64,000 bases of DNA from Lophium mytilinum. Taxonomy: Eukaryota. The notes under the pieces were generated by a model. The model made no database searches. It worked only from the letters and a program-made list of their open reading frames with translations, and had not been told where the DNA came from. Below are positions 37,308 through 48,310 of this stretch, piece after piece. Location of the stretch: NCBI GenBank assembly GCA_010093605.1, contig MU004202.1, positions 259,560-323,559 of the forward strand, written 5' to 3'. The position numbers were made by a program, and so were the translations under genes. How positions within the stretch are numbered: the stretch's first letter is position 1; each line of letters begins with the position of its first letter.

Positions 37308-38042
37308 ATGTCTAGACTTAATGGAAAGACGGCCGTGATCACCGGCGGCGCTACCGGCATCGGCCTCGCAGCAGCAAAGCGCTTCATCGAAGAGGGCGCC
37401 TTCGTATTCATCTTCGGCCGCCGACAGGAAGCCCTCGACGCTGCTCTAGCCCACCTCGGGCCCAATGCCCGCGCGGTGCAGGGCGCAGTCTCCAACCTGG
37501 CCGACCTCGACCGACTCTACGCAGCAGTCAAGGCTGAGCGCGGAACCCTCGACATCGTCGTCGCCAACGCCGGGACGGGAAGCCCGCTAAAGCTCGGCGA
37601 GATCACCGTCGAGCACTGCGACGAGATCCTCAACACCAACGTGAAGGGTACCATCTTCACGGTCCAGAAGGCGCTGCCGCTGATGGGCCGCGGCGGCTCC
37701 ATCATCCTGACTGGATCGAGCGCCGGCACCACGGGCGCGCCGGCATTCAGCCTTTATGGCGCGAGCAAGGCGGCCGTGCGCAACCTCGTGAAGACCTGGG
37801 CGGAGGACCTAAAGGGCACCGGGATCCGGGCAAACGTGCTGTCGCCCGGGTCGACGGCGACCGAACTCGCAAAGGAAGCGCTGGGAGAGGAGGGCATGAA
37901 GGGCTTCGCTGCGCTCAGTCCGCTCCAGCGCATGGCCGATCCGAGGGAAATTGGGGCCGTGGCTGCGTTTCTCGCGTCTGATGACAGCAGCTATATGACC
38001 GCCACCGAGGTTGCTGTCGACGGCGGCCTCGCGCAAATATAA
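37308..38042 (+). CDS. Classical short-chain dehydrogenase/reductase, intronless, bacterial-like
   Basis: TGGATGIG, ANAG, Ser...YGASK catalytic triad, NVLSPG, C-terminal VDGGLAQI. ATG in CAACATG context at 37308. GC-rich relative to its flanks. Confidence 0.93.
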   Translation: MSRLNGKTAVITGGATGIGLAAAKRFIEEGAFVFIFGRRQEALDAALAHLGPNARAVQGAVSNLADLDRLYAAVKAERGTLDIVVANAGTGSPLKLGEITVEHCDEILNTNVKGTIFTVQKALPLMGRGGSIILTGSSAGTTGAPAFSLYGASKAAVRNLVKTWAEDLKGTGIRANVLSPGSTATELAKEALGEEGMKGFAALSPLQRMADPREIGAVAAFLASDDSSYMTATEVAVDGGLAQI

Positions 38043-39167
38043 CGCGCTAAGTGGCCGACTACAAGGAATAGCAGGCTTGAGCTGGTGCCAGATGCTAGAG
38101 ACCCTCGACTTTCCATTTTTGCGGAGCGGCTGCTCGTGCATTTGACGATAGAGGGCGAAACGGGACGCAGCTTGAGATCACAGGCGATATGCTCTGCACA
38201 TATACGAGAGTAAGGTGATGTAGATCGTTTTTGAAAGGTTTTAAGATTAGCACAATATATAGGGCTTTTCCGTCAGTGCCAAGGCCATACCTCGCGAAGT
38301 TACCTCTGTTGGCATTAGGATAATACAGCAATTGCCCATACCCTTGCATTATTGAAATAGTTGAAGTGATACTGAATCTTTATTATCAACACTATGAAAT
38401 TGGATGACGTTGTCTGGCGTCTTTGCGTTGGGGCTGGGTTTGAAGTCGGGTGACTTGAAGCTGCTTGAGGATAATGAGGAGGAGTAAAATGAAAGGGGAC
38501 AGGGAGTTCTAGATGAGATGCTAGTATGGCGTTTTGGGTGAAGCTGCTAGAGACTGAATTTATCAAATTGTCAAGATTCTGGCATTCCGCCTGATATCAT
38601 CACCAAGCAAGGCTTGCATCATATCAAGCTTTCTACTAGGCCAGCCATTCTCTGGGAAAGCCTTCGCATAGATCCTAGGTAAGATATAGGAGCATGGCAC
38701 GGATGTTTTAGATGGAGTTGATGATATTCGTGGGTTGAGAGATGAATCTTGGAAAAATCGTGATAGTTTGACGTGAGACTAGGGGTCGTAAACTAACTAT
38801 ATCTAGCCTCCACAAGTCACGTGACTGTTAGATCGGGTTTCAACACCAAGGAAATCTTCCGTGCACACCACAGCTCTACGCACGACCACCCAGCGATGCA
38901 ATTATCATCAACTCAAACATCAATCTCCTGTCGCGGCGCATGACCTCTAACGAAACGGGGCGAAGCTAGGCGTAGGGAAGGTTGGCTGTGGAGGTATGCT
39001 GCTATTGTGTAGGATAAGTTACAAGAGGAGCGCGTTTTCTGGCGCGTCCGAGCCATACGCATCTCCAAATGATGAGCATCCTTCATCTCGAATTAATAGA
39101 CTTCGACTATCACTAATAAATTGGTATGTATGACTAGACACTATCCCGTATGTACATAGCTCAGCAA

Positions 39168-40776
39168 TTATGCCGTCGCAGAATCAACTTTTTCCAGATC
39201 CATGCCAAATTTTCTCCGCTTCAACTTCATCATCATTGGGCCTGGGTGCGCATTGACAGTGTCTTTAGTTTCGAGCTCGAATCCTGGCCCAGCCTCAAAT
39301 TCAAAATCATATCGACGCATAAGCGTAGATACGACAACGAGTAGTTCCAGGTAGGAGACGTTGCGACCGACTAGACGCAGGGTCAGTACAATTGCATTGG
39401 AGTTTTGAAGACATGGTTCTAGACTTACTGCAACCCCGACCACCAGCCGAAAAGGGAATAAACACAGATTGCAGCTCCGCCGCATTCTCTTCCAGCCACC
39501 TTTCAGGCCTATACGTCCAGGGATCTTTGAACAAGTCCGCATCGTGATGTAGCGAGTACGTCGGCACGGACACAGTCGTATTACCGGCAATCCACTCCCC
39601 ATCAATTTGCATGCCTTCCTTTGGAGTGACGCGAGGCAGACCGCCCCGGAGCGGCGGGCGCATGCGCATCGCCTCGTCGACGCAGGCGCGGAGGTACGGG
39701 AGGTTTTTCACGCTGTCAAACGCAGGAACGCCATCGAAGTCGTCGCCAAGCGCCATGTCAAGCTCTTCACGCAATTTCTTGGCCGCGTCCGGCCACTTGG
39801 TCAGCAGGAACATGGTGCCGACCAGGACGATGGTCGTGGTGTCAGAGCCGGCGTTGAGCAGCAGCGCGCACTCTGCGACCATTTCGCCTATTTCGAGACC
39901 AAGCGGCCCACCGTCTTTCGTCCAGACGAGTGACTTGAAGAAGTCATTCAGCTCCGCGCCTTGCTGTTCTTTCTCAAGGCGCGTGCGCACCATGTGCAGG
40001 ACGATGGAGTTGAAGTCGGCGCCACCCTTCCAGCCGGGGTGCCACCACGTAAGGCGCTTATTGAGCTGGAAGAGCGAGGGGGCCCAGCCCATCGTCGAGC
40101 CGATTCTCAGGGAGTTGCGGAGTGCGTTCGCAGGTTTTGTCTCGTACTTCGTCCCGTCGAGTTTTTGCGCAACCATCATATCGTCGCCTCGTTCCACGCA
40201 ACCAAGGCTCTGGCTGAAGACAAGATGGCCGGTGAGATCGAAGAGGAGCATGTTGATGTACCAGCGGACATTGATAACTTTGTCGTTCAATATGGCTTCA
40301 TCGAAGCGATTGACTAGCTTTTGAACATCGTCGGATACGAGATACTCCATGTCTGAGACGCGTTTCTGCGCAAACGCGGCAGCCAATCGCTTTCGTTTCT
40401 CCCCGTGGGCCTGACGGTCGGTGGAGTCGAGACTGCTCTCATGCGTGCCGGTGAAAGAGATGTAGAACTTGTCTTTCTGTGCCGCGGTCCCGTGGCCGTA
40501 GATGTCTTTCACGGCCTGGCGAGAGATGAAGGAAAGGTGGTTTGGACCCACACGTACGGCCTTTCCAAGCTTTTGGTGGGCGTCATGCGTTGCAAGCACG
40601 CGGTTGTGGTTGTATTGCTGGTACATCATCCATATGTTTGTGAAGCCAGCGACGCTGGGGGCGGGAAAGCGTCGTAACCTTTTGCGGTCACGGAAGTAAT
40701 TGAACACGGGCCATACAATGACGGCTCCTAGTAGAAGCAGAACCGTTGTCTCCCATAGTGGAATGTGAAATGTCAT
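39168..40776 (-). CDS. Cytochrome P450 monooxygenase (benzoate-4-hydroxylase-like clan, possibly CYP630-like), 2 exons
   Basis: N-terminal TM helix, FPAP, VRVGPNHLS, I-helix AGSDTT, EAMR, PERW; heme motif FSAGGRGC|IG completed across intron 39428-39371. Confidence 0.93.
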
Positions 40777-41556
40777 GTTAAAAGAAGAGATAAAGGGAAA
40801 GTTGAGAAATGGGTATATGAGATATGAATTTGATCGAAGCTGTGGTATGAGAGTGTGTAAACAAAAAACGTTTCTGCTCTGTGCGATCGGTTGGATAATA
40901 GGAGATAAAGCGAAGTCCGAAAGTCTAGAGATATGCTTTAATATCAAAGGCCTGGTATATCGTTCGGGTTAAGGATAGTCAGATGAGCAAAGGCTGGAGG
41001 AGTCTGGCGAGTCCATCATCAGCCGAGGACTTTCACTAAGCTTGCTACAGGGACCTATGAAGACGGCATCTAGTCACTCGGGAAAGATCCAGAAGGCTTC
41101 TCCGCGGTCGGGAAATGTGGGACGACTCTTTTCGATCTGAATTAACATAAAGACCACTTGACACACCAACTGGCTCGACGCGATTTTCCCAATTGGTCTG
41201 TTGGGAAGTGTGCAGCATACGCACCTGTGACGCGATTAGCACAGTGGTCCTCTACGGCGAGTTAAGTTACGTGCGTAGCGTGGGAATAAGCTTCTGTGGG
41301 GATGGGAGTAAGCGATTGCGGGGAAGCACTAGCATTCACTTGAGGACATGGGCGACAACCGGATTTGGAAATTCTCGGCGACGCTTTAGCGTGCCGTCTG
41401 CCTGTGACATCAAATGCATCTTCAACTACTCCATTGCTCCAAATTAAGTCTATCGTGACGAAACATTGCTCAACTGCCGTGAGGGGCTATCATGAGGTAC
41501 TAGACAGTGATTCCAAGCTATCTTCGTTGGGACTTTTCCGCGGCCCTCCCTGCCCT

Positions 41557-41670
41557 CCCTGTCCCCTCTTGCCTTCCCTGTCCCCTCTTGCCTTCCCTGT
41601 CCCCTCTTGCCTTCCCTGTCCCCTCTTGCCTTCCCTGTCCCCTCTTGCCTTCCCTGTCCCTTCTTGTCTC
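41557..41670. repeat. 19-bp minisatellite (CCCTGTCCCCTCTTGCCTT), 5 perfect copies plus 1 degenerate
   Basis: Read directly from the sequence; lies in the P450/ADH divergent intergenic region. Confidence 0.95.
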
Positions 41671-41729
41671 GTTCCTCTATTCCATAATTCCTCCCTTAGA
41701 TTTCTGTTTTCACCATCTCATTATTCATC

Positions 41730-42962
41730 ATGAGAGCATTAACTCGAAGTCCTGCTGCACTAATGCAGTCAATATCTTCGCTACGACCGCGACAATGCTT
41801 CAGTCTCTCGAGGCCCTACCTACCATTCGTCTCCAAGCACCGTGCAACTTCTTCTCATCCAAGGAATCACGCGACGTCTCATAGTTTTCCACAAACCATG
41901 CGTGCCTGCCAGATAATCGAGTACAACAAAACGCACCAAATCCGCCAAATACCCATCCCCTCCACCTCATCCCTCCGCCCCCACGAGCTCCTCCTCAAAA
42001 TCGCCGTCTCCTCTCTCTGCCACTCCGATCTCGAATACCAATCCGGGACCCTATCCAACACGCTGCCCGTCACCGCCTCGCACGAAGGCACCGGCACGGT
42101 CATCGCCGCCGGAAGCGCCGCCACCGCTTTTTCCATCGGCGACCGCATCATGGCGGGCCAGACCTTCGACCGCTGCGGCGAGTGCGACGACTGTCGCGGG
42201 CCGGAGGCTTATCAACACTACTGCAGCCACCAGGGCCCGATGATGAGCACGCAGCGGAATGGCGCGTTCCAGGAGTACCTCGTTGTGGACGCGCGCCAGG
42301 CGACGAGGATTCCGGAGGGGATGAGTTTCTTGACTGCGGCGCCACTGGCGTGTGCGGGAGTGACGGTGTGGAGAGGTATTCTGAATGCGGAGGTGCCGAA
42401 GGGTGGGTGGATTGGGATTGTGGGGAGTGGAGGCGGGTTGGGGCATTTAGGGGTGCAGTTTGCGCGGGCGAGGGGACTGAGGGTTGTGGGTGTTGATGCG
42501 CGGGATGAGGGGTTGGACTTGACAGATCAGGTGGGCGCGGATTTGGTTGTGGACGCCCGATTGGGGAAGGAAGAGGTAGTGAGGCGGGTCATGGAGGCGA
42601 CAGAAGGTAGAGGTGTGGACGGGACGGTGACGCTCAGTGATGCGAAGAGTGCGGCTGCGATGGGCTGCGCGATTACGAGGAAGCATGGGACTATGGTGTA
42701 TATACCTGTGGGACATGCGCTGGAGATTCCTTTTGAGGAGGTCATTTTCAGGGATGTGCGGATCAAGGGGAGCTTTCTTTGTAGTCCAAGAGAGGCGACT
42801 GATATGCTAGAGTGTGTTGTGCAGCACGGCATTAAGGTTCAGAGTACCATTTTTCATGGCCTTGAGGAGGTGCCGAAAGCCGTGGAGCAGTTGAGGGCAG
42901 GGACGTATCAGGGAAAGGGAGTTATCGTTGTTGATGAGGAGGCTGCGAAAGCTGTGCGGTGA
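41730..42962 (+). CDS. Zinc-dependent alcohol dehydrogenase (MDR), intronless; alternative start at 41898
   Basis: LCHSD, SHEGTG, structural Zn CGECDDC...C, APLACAGVT, GSGGGLGHLG. Confidence 0.93.
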   Translation: MRALTRSPAALMQSISSLRPRQCFSLSRPYLPFVSKHRATSSHPRNHATSHSFPQTMRACQIIEYNKTHQIRQIPIPSTSSLRPHELLLKIAVSSLCHSDLEYQSGTLSNTLPVTASHEGTGTVIAAGSAATAFSIGDRIMAGQTFDRCGECDDCRGPEAYQHYCSHQGPMMSTQRNGAFQEYLVVDARQATRIPEGMSFLTAAPLACAGVTVWRGILNAEVPKGGWIGIVGSGGGLGHLGVQFARARGLRVVGVDARDEGLDLTDQVGADLVVDARLGKEEVVRRVMEATEGRGVDGTVTLSDAKSAAAMGCAITRKHGTMVYIPVGHALEIPFEEVIFRDVRIKGSFLCSPREATDMLECVVQHGIKVQSTIFHGLEEVPKAVEQLRAGTYQGKGVIVVDEEAAKAVR

Positions 42963-43077
42963 TGGTAGCATCTCGAGTCAGATAATTCGCGTGTGTTACT
43001 ATAAAGACATTGATAATGATAAAACGTGGTTCAAGGAATTTCGTTGAAAAGATCTCAATGTTACTCCTGTCAACCCC

Positions 43078-45330
43078 TCACCCCCAAACGTCCTCCTGAT
43101 ACCTTGATTCCTTCTTCATTTTGCCTCCAACCGTCTTATCCGCTTCTTCCCTACTGACTCCTCTCTTCTCCGCCAATATGTCTACCAATCTGCTTCTAAC
43201 CTCCCTGGCCATACTCGCCGCCCCACAGATGTAAAATGCAGCCCGTTCATCTTCCACAAGTGTTCCGACTTCGAACCTCCACCTATCCTCAGCAAGCATA
43301 TCCTGCACATAGACCTTGTCTTGTTCTTTTTGCCTCGAGAATGCAGTCACAAGCTGGAAGCTATCTCCCAGCGTTTCTTTCCATGCCTTCCACTCGTCTC
43401 GGTACAGGAAGTCAGTCTTGTCATCTCGACACCCGAAGAATAGTACCATTTTTCCCACAGGCTTGCCTAGCTCGACTAGCCGTGCGCGCTCTTGCACGAA
43501 ACCGCGGAAAGGCGCGATGCCTGTTCCCGCTGCTACCATGACTATGGGTACCGTTTCCCTAATCGGGAGTTTGAAGGTCGAGCGCTTGATGTGCATGTAA
43601 ACTCTACCGCCCAGCAGCTTGCCTCGCGGACCAGCGAGGTCATATTTAGGCCCGCTAGAGATATCCGTGATCTCACTCTCATGGGAACTGATTGGGTTCT
43701 CCGAGGTCGAGCGGAACTCGCGGTCGTGTGCTAGCAGGAAATTGGTCGCTAGGCCGTGGAATCTTTCTTCGTTCTTCGCGCCGTCTAGATTCTCGAGCTG
43801 CTTGCTGTTAACGGCCAAGGTTATAGTTGGCTGTCGAGGGCTCGCTATCGGAGAACTGGAGATGGAATAATAGCGAGGCTGGATCCGACTGAAGGACTCG
43901 ACGAGGAGAGAAAAGGGTATTTTTGACCAGGACCCGGCAGACGAGTTGATCGATTCCAGCACTTTTCCGACTGTGAGGTATTGGCTGGCAACCTGATTGC
44001 GGAAGGCATGCTTGTTTTTTCCGAGTCCAAGTAGTGCAGCAGATGCTTCCTCTGATGGGGCAAATTGGGCAATGAGGATGAGTAGATCTCGAGAGGCAAG
44101 AGCACCAATCTCGAGGTAGTACTTGAGAAGCGTCTCGCGGGTGGTTGGCGAGGGCAAATCGCACTTCCCTTGCTTGCTCTCCACCATGATAGGTTTCTTT
44201 CTCACGTCCTCGTCGAGTCCAAGGGCTCGACACAAGCGCGCTACTTCGTTCTCTGGATTCAGCGGCCAAATGGCAAGATGGTCGCCCGTTTGATATCGGA
44301 TGGAGGGTGCAGCCGAGAGGTCAAATTCCATGTGAGCACAGATACGATTACTGGCCGAGGACAGTATCTTGCTTGTGGCGATGGGTGCAGCGAATGGATT
44401 TCGATCGTTGTAGGCTACCCTTTCCGTGGTTTGCTGAAGCGCTCTCTCGCTGGGCTCGCCCATGTAGATAGTGGGTTCGTCGACGCAGACATCAAGCACA
44501 TGGATTGTAGGTTGGTAGGCAATTGGGCGCTCATCCAGGCTGATGGTTTGGCCGAGAGGCTTGAGCACTTGCTCTTTCCAGTCCATGAAATCCTCCTCTG
44601 TAGTACCTTGGCTTTCATCTGCACGACCCAGAGACCCTATGCGCTTTGCTCCAAGATTACTTAAGATATCGTCAATGACAGTAATGGTTCGGTTATAATA
44701 TTGGTAGTTCCGGTTTCCCATTCCTATCGCAAGATAGCGGAGATCTTCCAAGCTGGTCTCGTTCTTCTTCATCTTCTCTAGCCCCAAGCAGAATTGGGTG
44801 GCATTGTCTGGTGGGTCACCTTCTCCATATGTCGATACGAGGAAGACGGCGAGTTTGTCCTTTGGAAACATAGCAAGATGTTCCGGGTCATAATCTTGAA
44901 GGTCCGCAACTAGAGTTTTGAGGGCAAATCGGGACTGCCATTCCCGAGAAAGCCTTTCTGCGAACGCTTCGGAAACGCCTGATTGGGAGCCCCAGAAAAC
45001 TGCAATATCATTGCCCTTTGAGCCAAGGAGTTAATATGATTCAACGCTTTGAGATTTTTAGTAGGCACTCACAGTTTCCGCCAGCCTTTTTCCGATGTCT
45101 CTTGTGGGTTTAGGCCGTGCTTTCAAGTCCCCCGTTTTCTGAGGGGCTTGGTACCACAGGTATTTGTTTGGGTCCGGCTTTCCCCATAATTTGCCGTCTC
45201 CAGCGTAAAAGACACCGATACTTGCAAGGACGAATACGACAAGCCAGTCTCCAAGTCGCAGTCGGAAAGGGTTGTTGGAGACAGTTTGGAGTACGTGCTG
45301 TAGAGTATGCTGATCAGGAAGGAGCTCCAT
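43078..45330 (-). CDS. NADPH-cytochrome P450 reductase (second/CPR2-type paralog), 2 exons
   Basis: TM anchor, FWGSQSG, STYGEGDPPDN, GNRNY, YQTGDHLAIWP, PRYYSISSS, AGTGIAPFRGF, FFGCR, KVYVQD, YICG, RYQEDVWG. Intron at about 45072-45016. Confidence 0.95.
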
Positions 45331-46305
45331 TATTGTGGAATCAGTGAAGATGTATGATCGGGGAGAGGGTGGAGAGCGCGCATGCACTCGGTAATCTTCT
45401 GCGTTTATCTACACGACCAGTAGTGGGAGTAGAACAGCGATCAGCTCCGCTGATACAATACTCTAGGCGATTCTGCGTCACCAGGTCAACCATTTTTGGA
45501 GAAGCAACGCTACCACACGCTCGCGCAACATGACCCGACATGCAGCACACGAAAGTATCATTACCTCTCCTGCCAGTTTTCGCCTATTCTCGAGCGAAGG
45601 CCCGCAGATGCAACATGCGATTTGCCGTCCCCCGTTCGCCTAATCTTGGGATAGGCTCTGCGCACGTAACATGCGATCTGCCTTTCCGCACGTCGAGTTC
45701 CTAGCTCTTTCTCACCTCTAGATCCGGGAATAACGCTAAGATGCCAAATGTGGCGCTCTTATGGTCGGACCGTGCGAACCCTGGGGCTCGGATCTAGACT
45801 GACGGTCCCTTCCTCTGCGGAGGGTGGCTTGAGGAAGTCGACGAGAAGTACTATTTCGGACACTGTGTTCGGCGAAAGAGTGTGGCAAATCATTCTCCGA
45901 GGACTCTCTAGGGACCTCTCGCCGAATATTCGACGAGTTTGTCCACTTTGGCCACAAGAATCACATACGCGACGCTAGATTAGTTAGTCTCCGCGGAGCT
46001 AGCGGCGAGGGCTTTGGGGAGATGCCCGGTTACGCTTCATGCGACCAGCAGATCGAGAATTTCTCTCCTGCAGCGGACCCTAATGTCTGGGCAAGATACC
46101 CCACGGGGTATTATCCTTGACTGTCATCTAGACCCACGATGTTTCCCACCACTAACACATCAAAGTGTCTATATATTGGGCCTGCAACCTCCCCAAAGAT
46201 CGAATCATCACAGCTACCAAACAGTCGGGATTTTATTCTTGGCCATCTCACAGACAAAACTCTATCGTGCTTGGATCGAGCCGGTCTTACTCTATCTACT
46301 TCATC

Positions 46306-47994
46306 ATGTTCAATATTCAAGGAAGACTCTTGACTATCCTCATCACCGTCGCATGCTCGACCAGTTTCTTGCTGTTCGGATATGACCAAGGCGTTCTCTC
46401 TGGCCTGATCGGCGCCAACAATCAGTTTGGCAAAGATTTCAATCATCCAGATGCCAACACCCAGGGTCTCATTGTTTCAGTTTACCAACTTGGCAATGTT
46501 GGAGGCTCCATCGGCATCTTTCTCGCCGGCGACTATTTTGGAAGAAAGAAATCCATCATCTATGCTACCCTCATCATGCTCGTTGGTGCTATTCTGCAGA
46601 CTGCTTCCGTCAGCACCGGGATGATGTACGCTGCTAGAGTCATAACCGGAATTGTAAGTCCGAACCCTGAACCTCACAAGATTTCGTCATTCTAACATTC
46701 ATAGGGCAACGGAGCAAACACTTCAACAATCCCAGTATGGCAAGCGGAAACCAGCACGGCGAAAGAGCGCGGGAAGCTTGTTGCCATTGACAGCTGCATC
46801 ATCATCTTCGGTATCCTGATCGCATATGTAAGTCACTACTAATTAAAGCTTTGAAGCATGTCACTCACATTCCCCAGTGGATGGATTATGGCTTCGCACA
46901 AGTCTCCGGCCCAGCACAGTGGCGATTCCCTATTGCGTTCCAGATGGTATTCATCTTGATCCTCCTAGCTCTGATGATGTTCCTCCCGGAGACGCCCCGT
47001 TGGCTACACTCAAAGGGTCGCCACGCAGAAGCCGATGCTGTCACCGCCAGGCTTATTGGGACGAACGTACCCGTCACCGACCCACGAGTCCAAGAACTCT
47101 CGAAAGACATCACTAGCGCAATTGAGATCGAATCCGCTGGCGGCCCCTTCAAGATGAAAGAGATCTTCGCCGGCGGCAAGCTCCAAAACTTCCGTCGCAT
47201 GTGTCTTTGCTTCGCTGTCGATGCTTTCCAGCAGCTTGGCGGAATCTGCGTCATCACATACTACCTGCCCAAAGTCTTGTCCGAGTCGGTCGGAATGGAT
47301 CGCCACATGTCGCTCTTGATGGCGGGAATTATCACAACCGAGTACTTCCTGGCATCCATCGTACAGATCTGGCTTGTCAACTACTTCAAGCGCCGGACCT
47401 TACTGTTCCTTTCCAGCGCTGGAGAGATCATCACAATGGTGGTCCTGGCTATTTGCACGCATGATGGCAGCCACAAGGCCGGCATCGTCTCCATCGTGAT
47501 GATCTTCCTTTACAACACTTTCTATGCCTGGGGCTGGCTTACAATTCCTTTCGTCTATCCGGCTGAAATCACTACTTTGCGTATCAGAGCGAAGGGTGCA
47601 GCGGTTGCTTCCTTTGGCGCCTGGATCATCGAGTTTATGGTCGTGCAGATCACCCCTATTGCTGTACAAAATATAGGATATCAAACGTAAGGCTACACCT
47701 TCAGTCTGTTAGTCAATGGATACTGACTCATTTAGCTATATCATCTTTGCCGTCTTGAACGCCGGAATCATCGTTCCAGTTGTGTACTTCTTCTTCCCCG
47801 AGACCGCCGGCATGCGGCTTGAGGACATTGATCACATCTTCGAGCACGGAGGAATCACTGGCGGTGTCATCGGCAAGAACGGCCTGCTCAGGGATAGACG
47901 ACTTGATATTGCAAGGGAGCATCACGAGGAAGTTTTTACCGATCAGAAGGACGGCTCAGACTCCGCGGAGAGGATTGAGTACAGCAAGGTATAA
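46306..47994 (+). CDS. MFS sugar-porter family transporter (STL1-like), 4 exons
   Basis: FLLFGYDQG, GDYFGRK, PVWQAETS...RG, QWRFPIAFQ, PETPRW, QQLGGI..ITYY, YPAEI..LRIRAKG, FFFPETAG. Introns at about 46654-46704, 46828-46878 and 47687-47735. Confidence 0.95.
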
Positions 47995-48310
47995 TATGGG
48001 ATCCACATAGGCGATTTCAATGTGGCGCACAGCCTCATTTCTTGTAAATATTGGAAGCCCATGAAGCAATGGTCATAATTACGTATATAATATTTCCTAC
48101 TACACCACTATTCTCACGATAATTGCCACAGTCGCGAGATCTACAAAAGAGCACTAGACCTACCCCACCCTTATTAGCGTACCCCGCAAACGACGAAACG
48201 GATCATCTCCTCGCCTGCGCCGCCTAAAAGGCAGAAAGGGAAACTCGCCTCTTGCTCTTCCCTTTCAGAACCCGCGCCTATGGACAGGATTTGACTGCGT
48301 CGCGGCGACA

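Noticed and set aside
38816..38825. GTCACGTGAC palindrome and other CACGTG boxes
   Set aside because: Common bHLH-type motif scattered across many intergenic regions; no specific link can be made
41557..41670. Minisatellite (and the 39-bp repeats at the left end) considered as a CRISPR array
   Set aside because: Head-to-tail units with no unique spacers, eukaryotic context, no cas genes
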